The notes below the pieces were generated by a model. The model saw only the letters and a list, made by a program, of their open reading frames with translations, made no database searches and was not told where the DNA came from. A DNA stretch of 64,000 nt, taken from the sequence record DRR723986_4006; one strand, given 5' to 3'. The position numbers were made by a program, and so were the translations under genes. Shown one piece after another: positions 10,225-21,397 of the stretch (within the stretch, counting starts at the first letter, position 1; every line of letters begins with the position of its first letter).

Positions 10225-11589
10225 TTAAATATTTAATGGGTTGTACCCTAAATAAGGTACTTCTTTCTCATTAAATCTCACGCCATAGGTTTCAAGTTCC
10301 TCTAGTATCGGAGTATAAACTTCTTTAGTTATTGGAATTTGTACACCAGGTGAAGTAATTTTTTTATTTAATATATCTAATGTTGCCATTGCAACTGGTA
10401 ATCCTACCGTTTTTGCCATTGCAGTGTAGGTTTGGTCTTCTCCAACAACTACCATTGTAGCATCAATTTGTCGCTTTTCACCTTTTAGTTCATAGCCAAA
10501 CTTATGGTACATTACAATCATATCTTTATCATCTTCATCAAGTGTCCAGCTATCCATTAATATTTTTGTAAGAATCTGTGCTGGAGTAGCTTTTTCTAAT
10601 TCAACCATTTTGTTTGGATTAAAAATATCGAGTTCTAAGAATTTATCCCAAACAATATCATCCTGATCTATCTTTAGAGCATGTCTAAATTTTAATTCTA
10701 CTGAATCTGTAGGACTATATGGCAAAAAAGCGTTTACAAAATCGCGATAGCTCATGTTGGCGCTGTCATCAATGGTATAGCTATCGTCGGTCATACCTAA
10801 TTGTACAAAAACATGCCAAGCTTTACTAAAACCAACGCGTCTCATAGTACCACGATATAAGGTGCGTACATGGTCCAATCCGTAAACATGTTGGTATTTT
10901 AATGAGTCACGATTGGCATATGCCTCAAATCTACCATAACCATCAATATCTAAAAATTCTGTACGTCTAAAGAGCCTGTCGTACGGTATATATTTAAACT
11001 GATTTTCTTGTAAAAATTTAGCAGCACCACCTTGTCCTGCAACGACTACGTTTCTCGGATTCCAAGTAAATTTATAATGCCATAAATTGTTATCGCTTTC
11101 AGGTGCAATTAAACCTCCTGTAAAAGATTCAAAAAGTAGCATTTTACCTCCATTATCTCTAATTCTATCAATAATCTGCATAGCACTCATATGATCAATA
11201 CCAGGATCTACACCAATCTCATTCATAAAAACTAGATTATTGGCTTTTGCTTCATCATCTAAATCTTGCATTTCTTTACTCACGTAAGAGGCAGTGACCA
11301 TATGCTTTTTATACTTAATACAGTCTTTGGCCACTTCTATGTGAAATCTGGCTGGCAACATGGAAACGACGATATCTGAATTTTTAACAGCTTCAGATCT
11401 TGATACATCATTAAAAACATCTAAATGAATAATGTTTACGGTCGAATTATTACCAATAAGCTTTTTGGCGTTTTCTACATTGAGATCACCAATAGTAATA
11501 TCCAGATTTTCAGATTCCGATTTATCTATTAAATATTTAATAAGATATGATGCAGATTTACCTGCTCCAATAATTAAAATCTTTCGCAT
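10225..11589 (-). CDS. Saccharopine dehydrogenase family protein
   Basis: GAGKS Rossmann motif, NEIGVDPGIDHM, YKFTWNPR, MAKTVGLP. Confidence 0.92.
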   Translation of the reverse strand: MRKILIIGAGKSASYLIKYLIDKSESENLDITIGDLNVENAKKLIGNNSTVNIIHLDVFNDVSRSEAVKNSDIVVSMLPARFHIEVAKDCIKYKKHMVTASYVSKEMQDLDDEAKANNLVFMNEIGVDPGIDHMSAMQIIDRIRDNGGKMLLFESFTGGLIAPESDNNLWHYKFTWNPRNVVVAGQGGAAKFLQENQFKYIPYDRLFRRTEFLDIDGYGRFEAYANRDSLKYQHVYGLDHVRTLYRGTMRRVGFSKAWHVFVQLGMTDDSYTIDDSANMSYRDFVNAFLPYSPTDSVELKFRHALKIDQDDIVWDKFLELDIFNPNKMVELEKATPAQILTKILMDSWTLDEDDKDMIVMYHKFGYELKGEKRQIDATMVVVGEDQTYTAMAKTVGLPVAMATLDILNKKITSPGVQIPITKEVYTPILEELETYGVRFNEKEVPYLGYNPLNI

Positions 11590-11670
11590 AATGGCTTTAT
11601 ATAACTAAATTTGTATTGCACGAATGTAATAAATAGTAAAGGCAAAAGAAACCGAAACGTCATTTAAATT

Positions 11671-12060
11671 ATGAATAAAAAATTACTGATTACCGGAGCA
11701 ATTTTAGGAATAACAGGCATTATTTTAGGTGCCTTTGCAGCCCATGGATTAGAAAAACTTATTGATGCTGATGCTATTAATTCTTTTGAAACAGGAGTAA
11801 GGTATCAAATCTATCATGCATTTTTTCTTCTTATAGTTGGCAGCACCACTTTTCTCAAGGATAAGTATAAAAATATAATTTGGTATTTGGTGTTGATAGG
11901 ACTTGTATTTTTTTCTGGGTCTATTTATGTATTAGCTACAAATGACATAACAATATTCAATTTTAAAACCATCGCATTGATTACTCCAATAGGCGGATTA
12001 CTCCTTATTTCTGCATGGATTGTTTTGTTAATAGGTATATTAAAAACTAAGAAGGATTAA
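11671..12060 (+). CDS. DUF423 (YgdD-like) membrane protein
   Basis: GAFAAHGL, YQIYH, FSGSIY and ITPIGG motifs. Confidence 0.9.
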   Translation: MNKKLLITGAILGITGIILGAFAAHGLEKLIDADAINSFETGVRYQIYHAFFLLIVGSTTFLKDKYKNIIWYLVLIGLVFFSGSIYVLATNDITIFNFKTIALITPIGGLLLISAWIVLLIGILKTKKD

Positions 12061-12125
12061 TGTTTAAGATTCCATGACATTTTAAAATAAAGTCTTAATT
12101 TTGCCCTCTAAACAACACAAAAATT

Positions 12126-13745
12126 ATGGTAAACCATACCCAAACAACGAAAACGATTTCGTTAGACAAATACGGTATTAAAAATGCCCAAATTCATTAT
12201 CAATTAGAACCTAAAAAACTACAAGCCATTACTTTAGAGAAAGGAATGGGTAAGGAAACTCCAAACGGTACATTAGCAATCAATACAGGGAAATTTACAG
12301 GAAGATCTCCTGAGGATCGCTTTTTGGTTAAAGATGCCTATACTAAAGATCGCATTTGGTGGGGAGAATCTAATAAAGCAATATCACCTGAAAATTTTGA
12401 CTATTTACAAGCTGAGGTTGAAAAGTATTTAAGTGATAAAGAACTTTTTGTAAGAGACGGTTACGTGTGTGCGGATCCTAATTACAAGATGAATGTAAGG
12501 ACTGTAACAGAATATCCTTGGTCTAATATGTTTATTTATAACATGTTTTTAAGACCAACAGACGAAGAGCTAAAGAATTTTGAAGAAGAATGGTTAGTGC
12601 TTTGTGCACCTGGGTATGTGTGTCCAGATCCTGAAAACCATGGATTGAGACAAGGTAACTTCTCAATTTTGAATTTTACAAAAAAGATAGCTTTAGTCGG
12701 TGGTTCTGCTTATACTGGTGAAATGAAGAAAGGTATTTTTACTGCTCTTAATTTTATATTACCTGTTGAAAAGAATGTATTGCCTATGCATTGCTCTGCA
12801 AATGTTGGTGAAAATGGCGAAACTGCAATTTTCTTTGGTTTGTCTGGTACAGGAAAAACAACATTATCTACAGATCCAAATCGTAGATTAATTGGTGATG
12901 ATGAGCATGGTTGGACAGCAGAAAACTCCATATTTAATTTTGAAGGTGGATGTTACGCTAAAGTTATTGACCTATCTGAAGAAAAAGAACCAGACATCTA
13001 CAGAGCTATAAAACTAGGAGCAATATTAGAGAATGTTATTTTTAAAGAAAATGGTGAGGTAGATTATTTTGATAGCTCTATTACACAAAACACAAGAGTG
13101 AGTTATCCTATTTATCATATAGATAATATAAAGACACCATCTTATGCCGGAAATCCTAAAAACATATTCTTTTTAACTGCAGATGCCTTTGGTGTATTAC
13201 CTCCAATCTCAAAATTAACACCTGCCCAAGCAGCGTATCATTTTATTTCTGGTTATACGGCAAAAGTGGCGGGAACTGAGGCTGGCGTAGTTGAGCCACA
13301 ACCATCTTTTTCGGCATGTTTTGGCGCGCCATTTATGCCATTACATCCTGCTGAATACGCAGATATGTTAAGTAAAAAGATGAAAGAAGCCGGTGTTAAT
13401 GTTTGGTTAGTTAATACAGGATGGACAGGTGGTCCTTACGGTGTAGGTACACGCATGAAACTTAAGTATACCAGAGCAATGATTACGGCTGCTCTTAACG
13501 GGGAATTAGGTGATTATACATATGAAGATTATCATATACATTCTGTTTTTGGAGTTGCACAGCCAAGAACTTGTCCTGGTGTGCCAACGGAAGTTTTAAG
13601 TCCAAGAACTACATGGAATGATGATGATGCGTATTACAAGATGGCTTTTAAATTATCTAATTCATTTAGAGAAAACTTTAAGAAATTTGAATCTTACGCC
13701 TCTGAGGAAATTAGAAGAGGAGGACCGCAACGCTATAATTTTTAA
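12126..13745 (+). CDS. pckA: Phosphoenolpyruvate carboxykinase (ATP)
   Basis: TGRSP, FFGLSGTGKTTLS, LIGDDEHGW, NFEGGCYAK; -7 box TAATTTTG at 12096. Confidence 0.97.
   Translation: MVNHTQTTKTISLDKYGIKNAQIHYQLEPKKLQAITLEKGMGKETPNGTLAINTGKFTGRSPEDRFLVKDAYTKDRIWWGESNKAISPENFDYLQAEVEKYLSDKELFVRDGYVCADPNYKMNVRTVTEYPWSNMFIYNMFLRPTDEELKNFEEEWLVLCAPGYVCPDPENHGLRQGNFSILNFTKKIALVGGSAYTGEMKKGIFTALNFILPVEKNVLPMHCSANVGENGETAIFFGLSGTGKTTLSTDPNRRLIGDDEHGWTAENSIFNFEGGCYAKVIDLSEEKEPDIYRAIKLGAILENVIFKENGEVDYFDSSITQNTRVSYPIYHIDNIKTPSYAGNPKNIFFLTADAFGVLPPISKLTPAQAAYHFISGYTAKVAGTEAGVVEPQPSFSACFGAPFMPLHPAEYADMLSKKMKEAGVNVWLVNTGWTGGPYGVGTRMKLKYTRAMITAALNGELGDYTYEDYHIHSVFGVAQPRTCPGVPTEVLSPRTTWNDDDAYYKMAFKLSNSFRENFKKFESYASEEIRRGGPQRYNF
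12146..12163. promoter_or_regulatory. LacI-family-type operator, copy 2 (within the first codons of pckA)
   Basis: Near-perfect 18-bp palindrome AACGAAAACGATTTCGTT. Confidence 0.55.
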
Positions 13746-13762
13746 AATTCATTGATATTTAT

Positions 13763-13796
13763 AAAAAAAGCGATTCAGAACTGAATCGCTTTTTTT
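13763..13796. terminator. Bidirectional intrinsic terminator
   Basis: A7-GCGATTCAG-AA-CTGAATCGC-T7 between pckA and hemD. Confidence 0.85.
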
Positions 13797-13815
13797 ATGT
13801 TAATTAGAAAACTAT

Positions 13816-14565
13816 TTATGTTCCTTTATTTACTTCGTCAATGTATTTCTTTAACGCCATGGTCATGGAAGGCGTTTCAGGAGTCGGAGCTGAAATATCA
13901 ACTCTAAGTCCTTTTGCTTTTACAGCTTTCACTGTAGTATTACCAAATACAGCAATCCTAGTATCGTTCTGTTGAAAATCTGGAAAATTATGGAATAAAG
14001 ATTCTATACCAGATGGGCTAAAAAATACCAATATGTCGTAATATACATTTGCTAAATCAGACAAATCACTAATTACAGTTTTGTAAAAAGTAGCTTGTTT
14101 CCAGTTAACTCCTAAATCATTTAGCATTTGAGGAATAACAGGCTTAACTTTATCTGTTGTTGGTAGTAAGAACGTTTCGTCTTTGTATTTTTTAATTAAA
14201 GGCGATAAATCCTCGAAATTACGTTTACCAACATAGATTTTACGCTTTCTGTAAACTACATATTTCTGAAGATAATAAGCCACAGCTTCAGACTGGCAAA
14301 AATACTTCATAGAGTCAGGCACTTTAAAGCGCATTTCATCTGCAACTCTAAAGAAGTGATCTACTGAATTTCTACTTGTTAGGATTATTGCTGTAAACTT
14401 ACTAAGGTCTATTTTTTGTTGTCTAATTTCTTTAGACGGTACTCCTTCTACATGAATAAAAGGTCTGAAATCAACTTTTACTTTTTGCTTTTCTTGCAAA
14501 TCAAAGTATGGTGAGTTCTCTATTTTAGGTTCTGGCTGTGATACTAAAATCGTTTTCACTTTCAT
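13816..14565 (-). CDS. hemD: Uroporphyrinogen-III synthase
   Basis: Bacteroidota HemD pattern (ILVSQPEP, ILTSRNSVDHFF, VFFSPSGI). Confidence 0.85.
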   Translation of the reverse strand: MKVKTILVSQPEPKIENSPYFDLQEKQKVKVDFRPFIHVEGVPSKEIRQQKIDLSKFTAIILTSRNSVDHFFRVADEMRFKVPDSMKYFCQSEAVAYYLQKYVVYRKRKIYVGKRNFEDLSPLIKKYKDETFLLPTTDKVKPVIPQMLNDLGVNWKQATFYKTVISDLSDLANVYYDILVFFSPSGIESLFHNFPDFQQNDTRIAVFGNTTVKAVKAKGLRVDISAPTPETPSMTMALKKYIDEVNKGT

Positions 14566-14580
14566 ACGTAAACCTTGGTT

Positions 14581-15231
14581 TTAAGCGTTATATTCTCTAA
14601 TTACCTTATATAAAAAAACATAAGGTCCAATTTCGAGAGCGCAAAGATACAACAAAAAATAGAAAAAATTGAGATTTATTGTTTTTTGATAGTTTTTAAA
14701 TGATGTTATAAATCCTATGAGATTAATGAGGCAAATCAATGAAATTGTTATATAAATGATAACCTCAGAGTACATATTAGTGTATAATAAAAATAGATTA
14801 GCAACAAAAAGTAGTATGCCAGAATAATTTTTAAAGGTAGTCTTTTGAAAAAGGTAACTATCAATGATGGCATCAATTTCAAATAAGCTACCAACGAGAC
14901 GTTCAATTAAGATTTTAAGAATGATAATTGTAGATACAGCAAAGAGTAATTTTAAAAAAGCAATGAGTTCAACGGTTACATCTGTAATAAATGTGGTATA
15001 AGAGAAAAAAATAAAAACACTAGAGGATAAAACTAAGTTTATAAACAACAAACTGTCAAATCCATCAATAAATTTTTGATCTTTTATGTAAAGCTTTAAG
15101 TATTTTGAATTCCCTACAACTACAATAAAATCATTAAAACGAATACTGTTAACATACTTAGCAGCTACTATTATAAATAGGCTAAAAATGGTAAATATGG
15201 TAAACCATTCATGAGTAATGTAGTTTCGCAT
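14581..15231 (-). CDS. DUF4271-like membrane protein
   Basis: Multiple TM helices, C-terminal YFLLYLCALEIGP motif; upstream of hemD. Confidence 0.8.
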   Translation of the reverse strand: MRNYITHEWFTIFTIFSLFIIVAAKYVNSIRFNDFIVVVGNSKYLKLYIKDQKFIDGFDSLLFINLVLSSSVFIFFSYTTFITDVTVELIAFLKLLFAVSTIIILKILIERLVGSLFEIDAIIDSYLFQKTTFKNYSGILLFVANLFLLYTNMYSEVIIYITISLICLINLIGFITSFKNYQKTINLNFFYFLLYLCALEIGPYVFLYKVIREYNA

Positions 15232-15368
15232 AATGCTAAATTATAAAGAAAAAATTAGGATTAGTTTCTTTGTGTCATAAAAAAGAATTTTCGAGTTAAA
15301 ATCAGTGAAATACTTTACTTTTGTTGAAATTTTAAAAGCCTTAATTAAAACCGATTAAAAGCTAGTGC

Positions 15369-16091
15369 ATGTCTGACGCAATTGTCATTATACCAACATA
15401 CAACGAAATTGAAAATATTGAGTCCATTATAAGGGCTGTCTTTTCTCAAGACAAAGAATTTGATATTTTAGTTGTGGATGATAATTCACCAGATAAGACC
15501 GGTAAAATGGTTAAGCAGCTTCAGGCAGAGTTTAGCGAGCATCTGTTTTTATTAGAACGAAAAAGTAAGAACGGATTAGGATCTGCTTATATCGCAGGAT
15601 TTAAATGGGCTTTAGAGAAATCGTATCAGTACATTTTTGAAATGGATGCCGATTTTTCCCATAACCCAAATGATCTTATTAAACTTTATAATGCCTGTGC
15701 TAATGAAGACGCAGATATTGCAGTTGGTTCTCGTTATGTTAAGGGTATAACAGTTGTTAATTGGCCTATGTCTCGTATCATACTATCATATGGAGCTTCT
15801 AAATATGTACGATTAATTACAAGGATGAAAGTAAAAGATTCTACGGCAGGTTTTGTATGTTATAAGAGGGCGGTTTTAGAAACCATCGATTTATCTAAAA
15901 TAAAGTTCGTCGGCTATGCGTTTCAAATTGAAATGAAATTTAAGGCCTATAAAAAAGGATTTAAAATTGTAGAGATACCTGTTATATTTAAAGATAGAAT
16001 AAAAGGGAAATCAAAAATGAGCGGAAGCATAATTAGTGAAGCTATTTTTGGTGTTATTAGTTTAAAATTAAAAAGTTTATTTGCTAAATAA
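15369..16091 (+). CDS. Polyprenol monophosphomannose synthase (GT2)
   Basis: IIPTYNE, VDDNSPD, EMDADFSH, GYAFQIE. Confidence 0.9.
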   Translation: MSDAIVIIPTYNEIENIESIIRAVFSQDKEFDILVVDDNSPDKTGKMVKQLQAEFSEHLFLLERKSKNGLGSAYIAGFKWALEKSYQYIFEMDADFSHNPNDLIKLYNACANEDADIAVGSRYVKGITVVNWPMSRIILSYGASKYVRLITRMKVKDSTAGFVCYKRAVLETIDLSKIKFVGYAFQIEMKFKAYKKGFKIVEIPVIFKDRIKGKSKMSGSIISEAIFGVISLKLKSLFAK

Positions 16092-16094
16092 GAA

Positions 16095-17438
16095 ATGAAA
16101 AAACATACACTCATAAAAAATGCAAAAATCGTCAATGAAGGTAAGATTGTTGAAGGTGATATTCTTATTGAAGATGATGTTATAAAAGAGATTGACACAA
16201 GCATTAGTGTAAAATCAGCTGACATCAATGTCATTGATGTAGAAGGCAATTATGTGTTACCGGGAATGATTGATGATCAGGTGCATTTTAGAGAGCCAGG
16301 ATTAACACATAAGGCAAATATTGAAACTGAGTCTAAAGCTGCTTTAGCAGGAGGTATTACTTCATTTATAGAAATGCCTAATACCAATCCACAAACTACA
16401 ACAGTAGAGAAATTAGAGGAAAAATTTGCAATTGCAGAAAAGTCATCTTATGCAAATTACTCGTTTATGTTTGGTGGTACTAATGATAATCTAGAAGAAA
16501 TTTTAAAAGTAGATTCTAAGACGATCGCTGGGTTGAAATTGTTCTTAGGATCCTCTACTGGTAATATGCTCGTTGATGACCCAAAAGTGATTGAAAAAAT
16601 CTTTTCTAGTACAGATATGGTTATTTCTGTTCATTGCGAAGATGAGGCAACAATTAGAAAGAATTTAGCACATTACAAAGAAGAATATGGAGACGATATT
16701 CCTATGGAATTACATCCAATCATAAGAAGTGAAGAAGCTTGTTATTTATCGTCATCAAAAGCTATTGAATTAGCAAAAAAGACTGGCGCAAGGCTACATG
16801 TGTTTCACTTATCTACAGGTAAGGAGACTAACTTATTTACCAATAAAATACCTCTCAAGGATAAAAAGATTACGGCAGAAGTTTGTATTCATCATTTATG
16901 GTTTTCGGATGAAGATTATCCTAAAAAAGGAAGTCATATAAAATGGAATCCTGCGGTTAAGACGGCAAAAGACAGAACCCAGTTATGGGAGGCTTTACTA
17001 GATGATAGAATTGATGTTATAGCAACTGATCACGCACCACACACTTTAGAGGAAAAAAGTAATCCTTACACAAGTGCACCTTCAGGAGGTCCTTTGGTTC
17101 AGCATGCACTAGTGGCTTTATTAGAAGCACATCATCAGGGTAAAATATCTATTGAGAAAATAGTGCAAAAAGCTTGTCATAATCCGGCAATTTTATTTGA
17201 TGTTGAAAAACGTGGTTATATTAAAGAGGGATATTTTGCAGACCTCGTTATTGCAGATCTAAATAATCCATGGACAGTAAACAAGAGTAATATATTATAT
17301 AAATGTGGTTGGTCACCATTTGAGGGTAGCACTTTTAAAAGTAGAATTACCCACACATTTGTTAATGGTGAGCTTGCGTATAACAATTTTAAAGTTTTAG
17401 ACGTTAAAGCAGGTAAGCGACTAACTTTTAATAGATAG
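16095..17438 (+). CDS. pyrC: Dihydroorotase
   Basis: DDQVHFREPG, EMPNT, KWNP, ATDHAPH. Confidence 0.92.
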   Translation: MKKHTLIKNAKIVNEGKIVEGDILIEDDVIKEIDTSISVKSADINVIDVEGNYVLPGMIDDQVHFREPGLTHKANIETESKAALAGGITSFIEMPNTNPQTTTVEKLEEKFAIAEKSSYANYSFMFGGTNDNLEEILKVDSKTIAGLKLFLGSSTGNMLVDDPKVIEKIFSSTDMVISVHCEDEATIRKNLAHYKEEYGDDIPMELHPIIRSEEACYLSSSKAIELAKKTGARLHVFHLSTGKETNLFTNKIPLKDKKITAEVCIHHLWFSDEDYPKKGSHIKWNPAVKTAKDRTQLWEALLDDRIDVIATDHAPHTLEEKSNPYTSAPSGGPLVQHALVALLEAHHQGKISIEKIVQKACHNPAILFDVEKRGYIKEGYFADLVIADLNNPWTVNKSNILYKCGWSPFEGSTFKSRITHTFVNGELAYNNFKVLDVKAGKRLTFNR

Positions 17439-17439
17439 T

Positions 17440-17895
17440 ATGTATAAAAATATCAGTGTCATATTAATATTTTGCCTTTTCATTGTTGCATGCAGTCAAC
17501 GACAAAAGCCAAAGAAACCAGAGAATCTTATTAGCAAAGAAAAGATGGCATTGTTAATCTATGATTTATATGTTATAAATGCGGCAAAAGGTGTTAATAG
17601 AAAGGCATTAGAGAAAGAAGGATTTGCGCCTGAAAAATATATTTTAGATAAATATAATATAGATAGTATTCAATTTTCAGAAAGTAACACGTATTATGCT
17701 TTTGATTCTGAAACGTACAAAGAAATTATAGAAAACGTTAAGTCTAGATTGGAGAAAGAAAAAGAAGACTATGATGAGCTTTTAAAAGAGGAAACGGCTG
17801 CAGCAAAGAAAAAAAGAGATTCATTAAAGGCTGCTCAAAAACGAATTAGTGATTCTATTAAAAAAGCAGCAAGAGCTTCATTAAAAACTAACTAG
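17440..17895 (+). CDS. DUF4296-like lipoprotein
   Basis: Lipobox IVAC; KPENLISKEKM...KYNIDS.QF..SN.YY. Confidence 0.8.
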   Translation: MYKNISVILIFCLFIVACSQRQKPKKPENLISKEKMALLIYDLYVINAAKGVNRKALEKEGFAPEKYILDKYNIDSIQFSESNTYYAFDSETYKEIIENVKSRLEKEKEDYDELLKEETAAAKKKRDSLKAAQKRISDSIKKAARASLKTN

Positions 17896-18913
17896 GGTTT
17901 CTTAAATCTTGTAAGTAAAGTTTACTAACTTCCTTTATAGAATTATCAATAGGTTTAAATTCAAAGTTCAACAGAGTATTAGCTTTGTCATTATTGTATT
18001 TTGTAACTGTAACCATTGAATTTGCAGATTGTTTAGATAAATTTCTTCTTTTTCCGAATAACTTATGATTTAGCCAATCTAATCTCCAGACCAATCCTAA
18101 GAGCCATGGTTTTGCCTCTTTTTTTGGAGCATTAACATCTAAATGCTTGGCTGCTTTAATTTGAAAATCTCTAAAACTCAAATTCTCAGAGATTAGTATA
18201 AATTTTTCATTACTAATTGAACTATTCATAAGTTGTGCCATACAGTCAACAACGTCCCAAACATCTACATAGCCAGTAACACCAGTGGCATAATAAGTCA
18301 TGCCTTTATAGACTTGTTTAAAAATGCTTCCGCTACTACCTCCATTCCAAAATCCGCCACCTAAAATAATTCCAGGATTAACAATTACTGCTTCTAATCC
18401 TTCTTGTGTACCACGCCACACTTCAAGTTCGGCTCCATATTTGGTAATGGCATAAACGCTATTGTCTTCTTCAGGATTCCAGTTGGTGTTTTCATCTATG
18501 AGATCGTTAGGATTAGTCTTATGCCCAATTGCAGCAATAGAACTCACATAACAAAGTTTCTTAACATTATTACTAATGGCTAAATTGACCACATTAGCGG
18601 TACCTTCAATATTTATTTTACGTAGGCTTTTATATTTATCTGGTTCAAAAGAAACAAAAGCCGCACAGTGATATACATATGTTATGTCAACAAATGCTAA
18701 CTGTAGTTGAGGAATATTATTTATGTCGCCTTTTACCCATTCAATTTTATTAAATAAGTGCTCATAATCCTCACTAAAATATGAGAATACATGTTTAACA
18801 CGTTGTAGTGTTTTTTCTCTTCTAAAGATAGCTCTTACTGTTTTATTTTCGGTTACTAGTTTATAAAGTAAGTGAGAGCCAACTAAACCTGTGCCACCTG
18901 TAACTAAAATCAT
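17888..18913 (-). CDS. NAD-dependent epimerase/dehydratase
   Basis: GGTGLVG Rossmann motif and YxxxK (YAITK). Confidence 0.9.
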   Translation of the reverse strand: MILVTGGTGLVGSHLLYKLVTENKTVRAIFRREKTLQRVKHVFSYFSEDYEHLFNKIEWVKGDINNIPQLQLAFVDITYVYHCAAFVSFEPDKYKSLRKINIEGTANVVNLAISNNVKKLCYVSSIAAIGHKTNPNDLIDENTNWNPEEDNSVYAITKYGAELEVWRGTQEGLEAVIVNPGIILGGGFWNGGSSGSIFKQVYKGMTYYATGVTGYVDVWDVVDCMAQLMNSSISNEKFILISENLSFRDFQIKAAKHLDVNAPKKEAKPWLLGLVWRLDWLNHKLFGKRRNLSKQSANSMVTVTKYNNDKANTLLNFEFKPIDNSIKEVSKLYLQDLRNPS

Positions 18914-19000
18914 AAAGCTAAGTTACGCTTTTTTAAAATTGTCTTTTGACTTTACCTATGGAAACATATCTTTGCTGAAATTTAATTAGAATAAGAAATA

Positions 19001-20299
19001 ATGGGAAAAAGTTTTGTTGAAGAATTAACTTGGAGAGGCATGTTGCATGATACAATGCCAGGAGTAGAAGAGCATTTAAATGAAACTATGAGGAGTGCTT
19101 ATGTAGGCTTTGATCCGACGGCAGATTCTTTACATATAGGAAATCTAGTCCCTATTATGCTATTAGCACACTACCAAAGATGTGGACATAAGCCTGTAGC
19201 CTTAGTTGGTGGTGCAACAGGAATGATTGGTGACCCATCAGGTAAATCTAGTGAGCGAAACCTCTTAGATGAAGCTACACTGCGCCATAATCAAGAAGCT
19301 ATAAAAAATCAATTGTCGCATTTTTTAGATTTTGAAAGTGATGCGCCTAATGCAGCTGTTTTAGTGAATAATTACGATTGGATGAAAGAGTTTTCATTCC
19401 TAGAATTTATTAGAGATGTTGGTAAACATATAACAGTAAATTATATGATGGCTAAGGATTCTGTTAAAAACAGAATTTCAGGTGAGTCATCTAGCGATGG
19501 AATGAGTTTTACTGAATTCACCTACCAATTAGTCCAAGGTTACGACTTCTTGCATTTGTACCGTGAAAATAATTGCACAATTCAAATGGGAGGAAGTGAT
19601 CAATGGGGAAATATTACAACTGGTACAGAATTGATTAGGCGTATAGGAAATGGCAAGGGCTTTGCCATTACATGTCCACTAATAACAAAAAGTGATGGCT
19701 CAAAATTTGGTAAATCAGAAGGAGGAAATGTATGGTTAGATGCTAACAGAACATCACCATATAAGTTCTATCAGTATTGGTTAAATTCAAGTGATGATGA
19801 TGCTGAGAAGTATATTAGAATATTTACCTTTTTAGAACAGAGTGAGATTGAAGACTTAATAAAAGAGCACAAAGAGATGCCGCATCTAAGATTACTTCAA
19901 AAATGTTTAGCTGAGGAAATTACTATAATGGTACACTCTAAAGAGGATTTTGAAAATGCAGAAAAGGCGTCTAATATTTTGTTTAGTAAATCTTTTAAAG
20001 AAGACATTAAGACTTTAGATGAAAAAACATTTTTAGATGTATTTGAAGGTGTACCTCAAGCGATGATTAGTAAGAGTGATTTTAGCGATGGTTTAGACAT
20101 GATAGGCGCTCTTGCTGCTAAAACTAATTTTCTAAATTCTAATGGTGAAGCGAGAAGAGCACTCAAAGAAAATTCAGTTTCAGTTAATAAGGAAAAGGTA
20201 AAAGAAGATTATACATTATCGTCAGATGATTTAATTAATGATAGGTATATCATTATTAATAAGGGTAAAAAGAATACTTATATTATTAAGATCGAATAA
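19001..20299 (+). CDS. tyrS: Tyrosine--tRNA ligase
   Basis: [30 protein letters not shown]-terminal S4 domain; -7 box TATCTTTG at 18967. Confidence 0.97.
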   Translation: MGKSFVEELTWRGMLHDTMPGVEEHLNETMRSAYVGFDPTADSLHIGNLVPIMLLAHYQRCGHKPVALVGGATGMIGDPSGKSSERNLLDEATLRHNQEAIKNQLSHFLDFESDAPNAAVLVNNYDWMKEFSFLEFIRDVGKHITVNYMMAKDSVKNRISGESSSDGMSFTEFTYQLVQGYDFLHLYRENNCTIQMGGSDQWGNITTGTELIRRIGNGKGFAITCPLITKSDGSKFGKSEGGNVWLDANRTSPYKFYQYWLNSSDDDAEKYIRIFTFLEQSEIEDLIKEHKEMPHLRLLQKCLAEEITIMVHSKEDFENAEKASNILFSKSFKEDIKTLDEKTFLDVFEGVPQAMISKSDFSDGLDMIGALAAKTNFLNSNGEARRALKENSVSVNKEKVKEDYTLSSDDLINDRYIIINKGKKNTYIIKIE

Positions 20300-20324
20300 A
20301 AAATGCCCAAATAATTTGGGCATT
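20298..20324 (-). terminator. Intrinsic terminator
   Basis: AATGCCCAAAT/ATTTGGGCATT stem with the U-tract on the minus strand. Confidence 0.75.
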
Positions 20325-20396
20325 CACTAATCAATCAACTAATGAAAAATCTTTCTTTTTCATAGCGTTTGGTTAGTCGTATTTATTTTAAACTCC

Positions 20397-21377
20397 TTAC
20401 AAAGCCATTAAATTACAGCCTCTAATATCGGAGTTGTCAAATCTTCCTATAATTTCAAAACTGCCATCATTTTTCACCTTTCCTAAATCTTGAGTTGCAA
20501 TAAAAGAGCAAGAATTAATATTAGCTAAATCAATAATATTTATGCCACCTGTTTTGTTGTGTTTTTGCAAAGTAAGTGCATCTTCAGTATCTCTAGTTAA
20601 AACTTTCATCCAAGGTGGGCATTCAAAAATGCCATGACCTTTAGAATATGCCTGACTTAATAATTCAGTCATTCCATATTCGCTATGAATAGTTTTTACA
20701 CCAAACCCTTTTTTTAAAATATTGTGTAACTCTTGTCTTATTATTTCCTTGCGTCTACCTTTCATTCCTCCAGTCTCCATAACAGTAGTATGATTTAGGT
20801 TAAATTGAAAATTCTCTACTAAATCTAAAAGTGCAAATGAAACACCTATAAGTATAGTTTTTTCACCTTTAGATTCAAGATTGTTAAGGGTAACTGCTAG
20901 ATCTTCTAAATTGTTGAGGTAAAATCCACTGCTTTTTTTCTGTGATTTGGCAATTAAATCATTTACCATATAAACCAAAGACGAGCCATCGCGTTCTAAA
21001 TAAGATGGTAAAAGTGCAAGGATAGTATAGTCCTTTATATTTCCATAGAAATGCTTAAACCCATTTATATAGCTGTCTTCATATAAACTTAAATCTGTAA
21101 TAAGGTGGCGGCTTGTGATGCTTCCTGTTGTACCAGAACTAGTGAAGGTTTTTTCAACATCTTTATTAGCACTAACAACAGAATGTGTCTTATAAAATTG
21201 AATTGGTAAAAATGGAATTTTCTCAATAGAGGTGACTTCCGAAGGATGTTTATATAGCAAGTCACAGAATGACCTATAGACGGGATTATTATTAAATTGA
21301 AATCTAAAAACCTCTAATGCAACCGCGTAAAAATCGTCGTGAGAATTAATATTAAAAATGGCATTTTTAGAAATCAT
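20397..21377 (-). CDS. LuxE/PaaK-like acyl-protein synthetase / acyltransferase
   Basis: FTSSGTTG, ETGGMKG, SEYGMTEL, TQDLG, GR...RGC motifs. Confidence 0.85.
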   Translation of the reverse strand: MISKNAIFNINSHDDFYAVALEVFRFQFNNNPVYRSFCDLLYKHPSEVTSIEKIPFLPIQFYKTHSVVSANKDVEKTFTSSGTTGSITSRHLITDLSLYEDSYINGFKHFYGNIKDYTILALLPSYLERDGSSLVYMVNDLIAKSQKKSSGFYLNNLEDLAVTLNNLESKGEKTILIGVSFALLDLVENFQFNLNHTTVMETGGMKGRRKEIIRQELHNILKKGFGVKTIHSEYGMTELLSQAYSKGHGIFECPPWMKVLTRDTEDALTLQKHNKTGGINIIDLANINSCSFIATQDLGKVKNDGSFEIIGRFDNSDIRGCNLMAL

Positions 21378-21397
21378 GATGCAAAAATATGGAAAAT

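Noticed and set aside
20397-21377. Bioluminescence (lux) system suggested by the LuxE-like gene
   Set aside because: No luxA/B/C/D neighbours; stand-alone LuxE-like genes are common in Bacteroidota.
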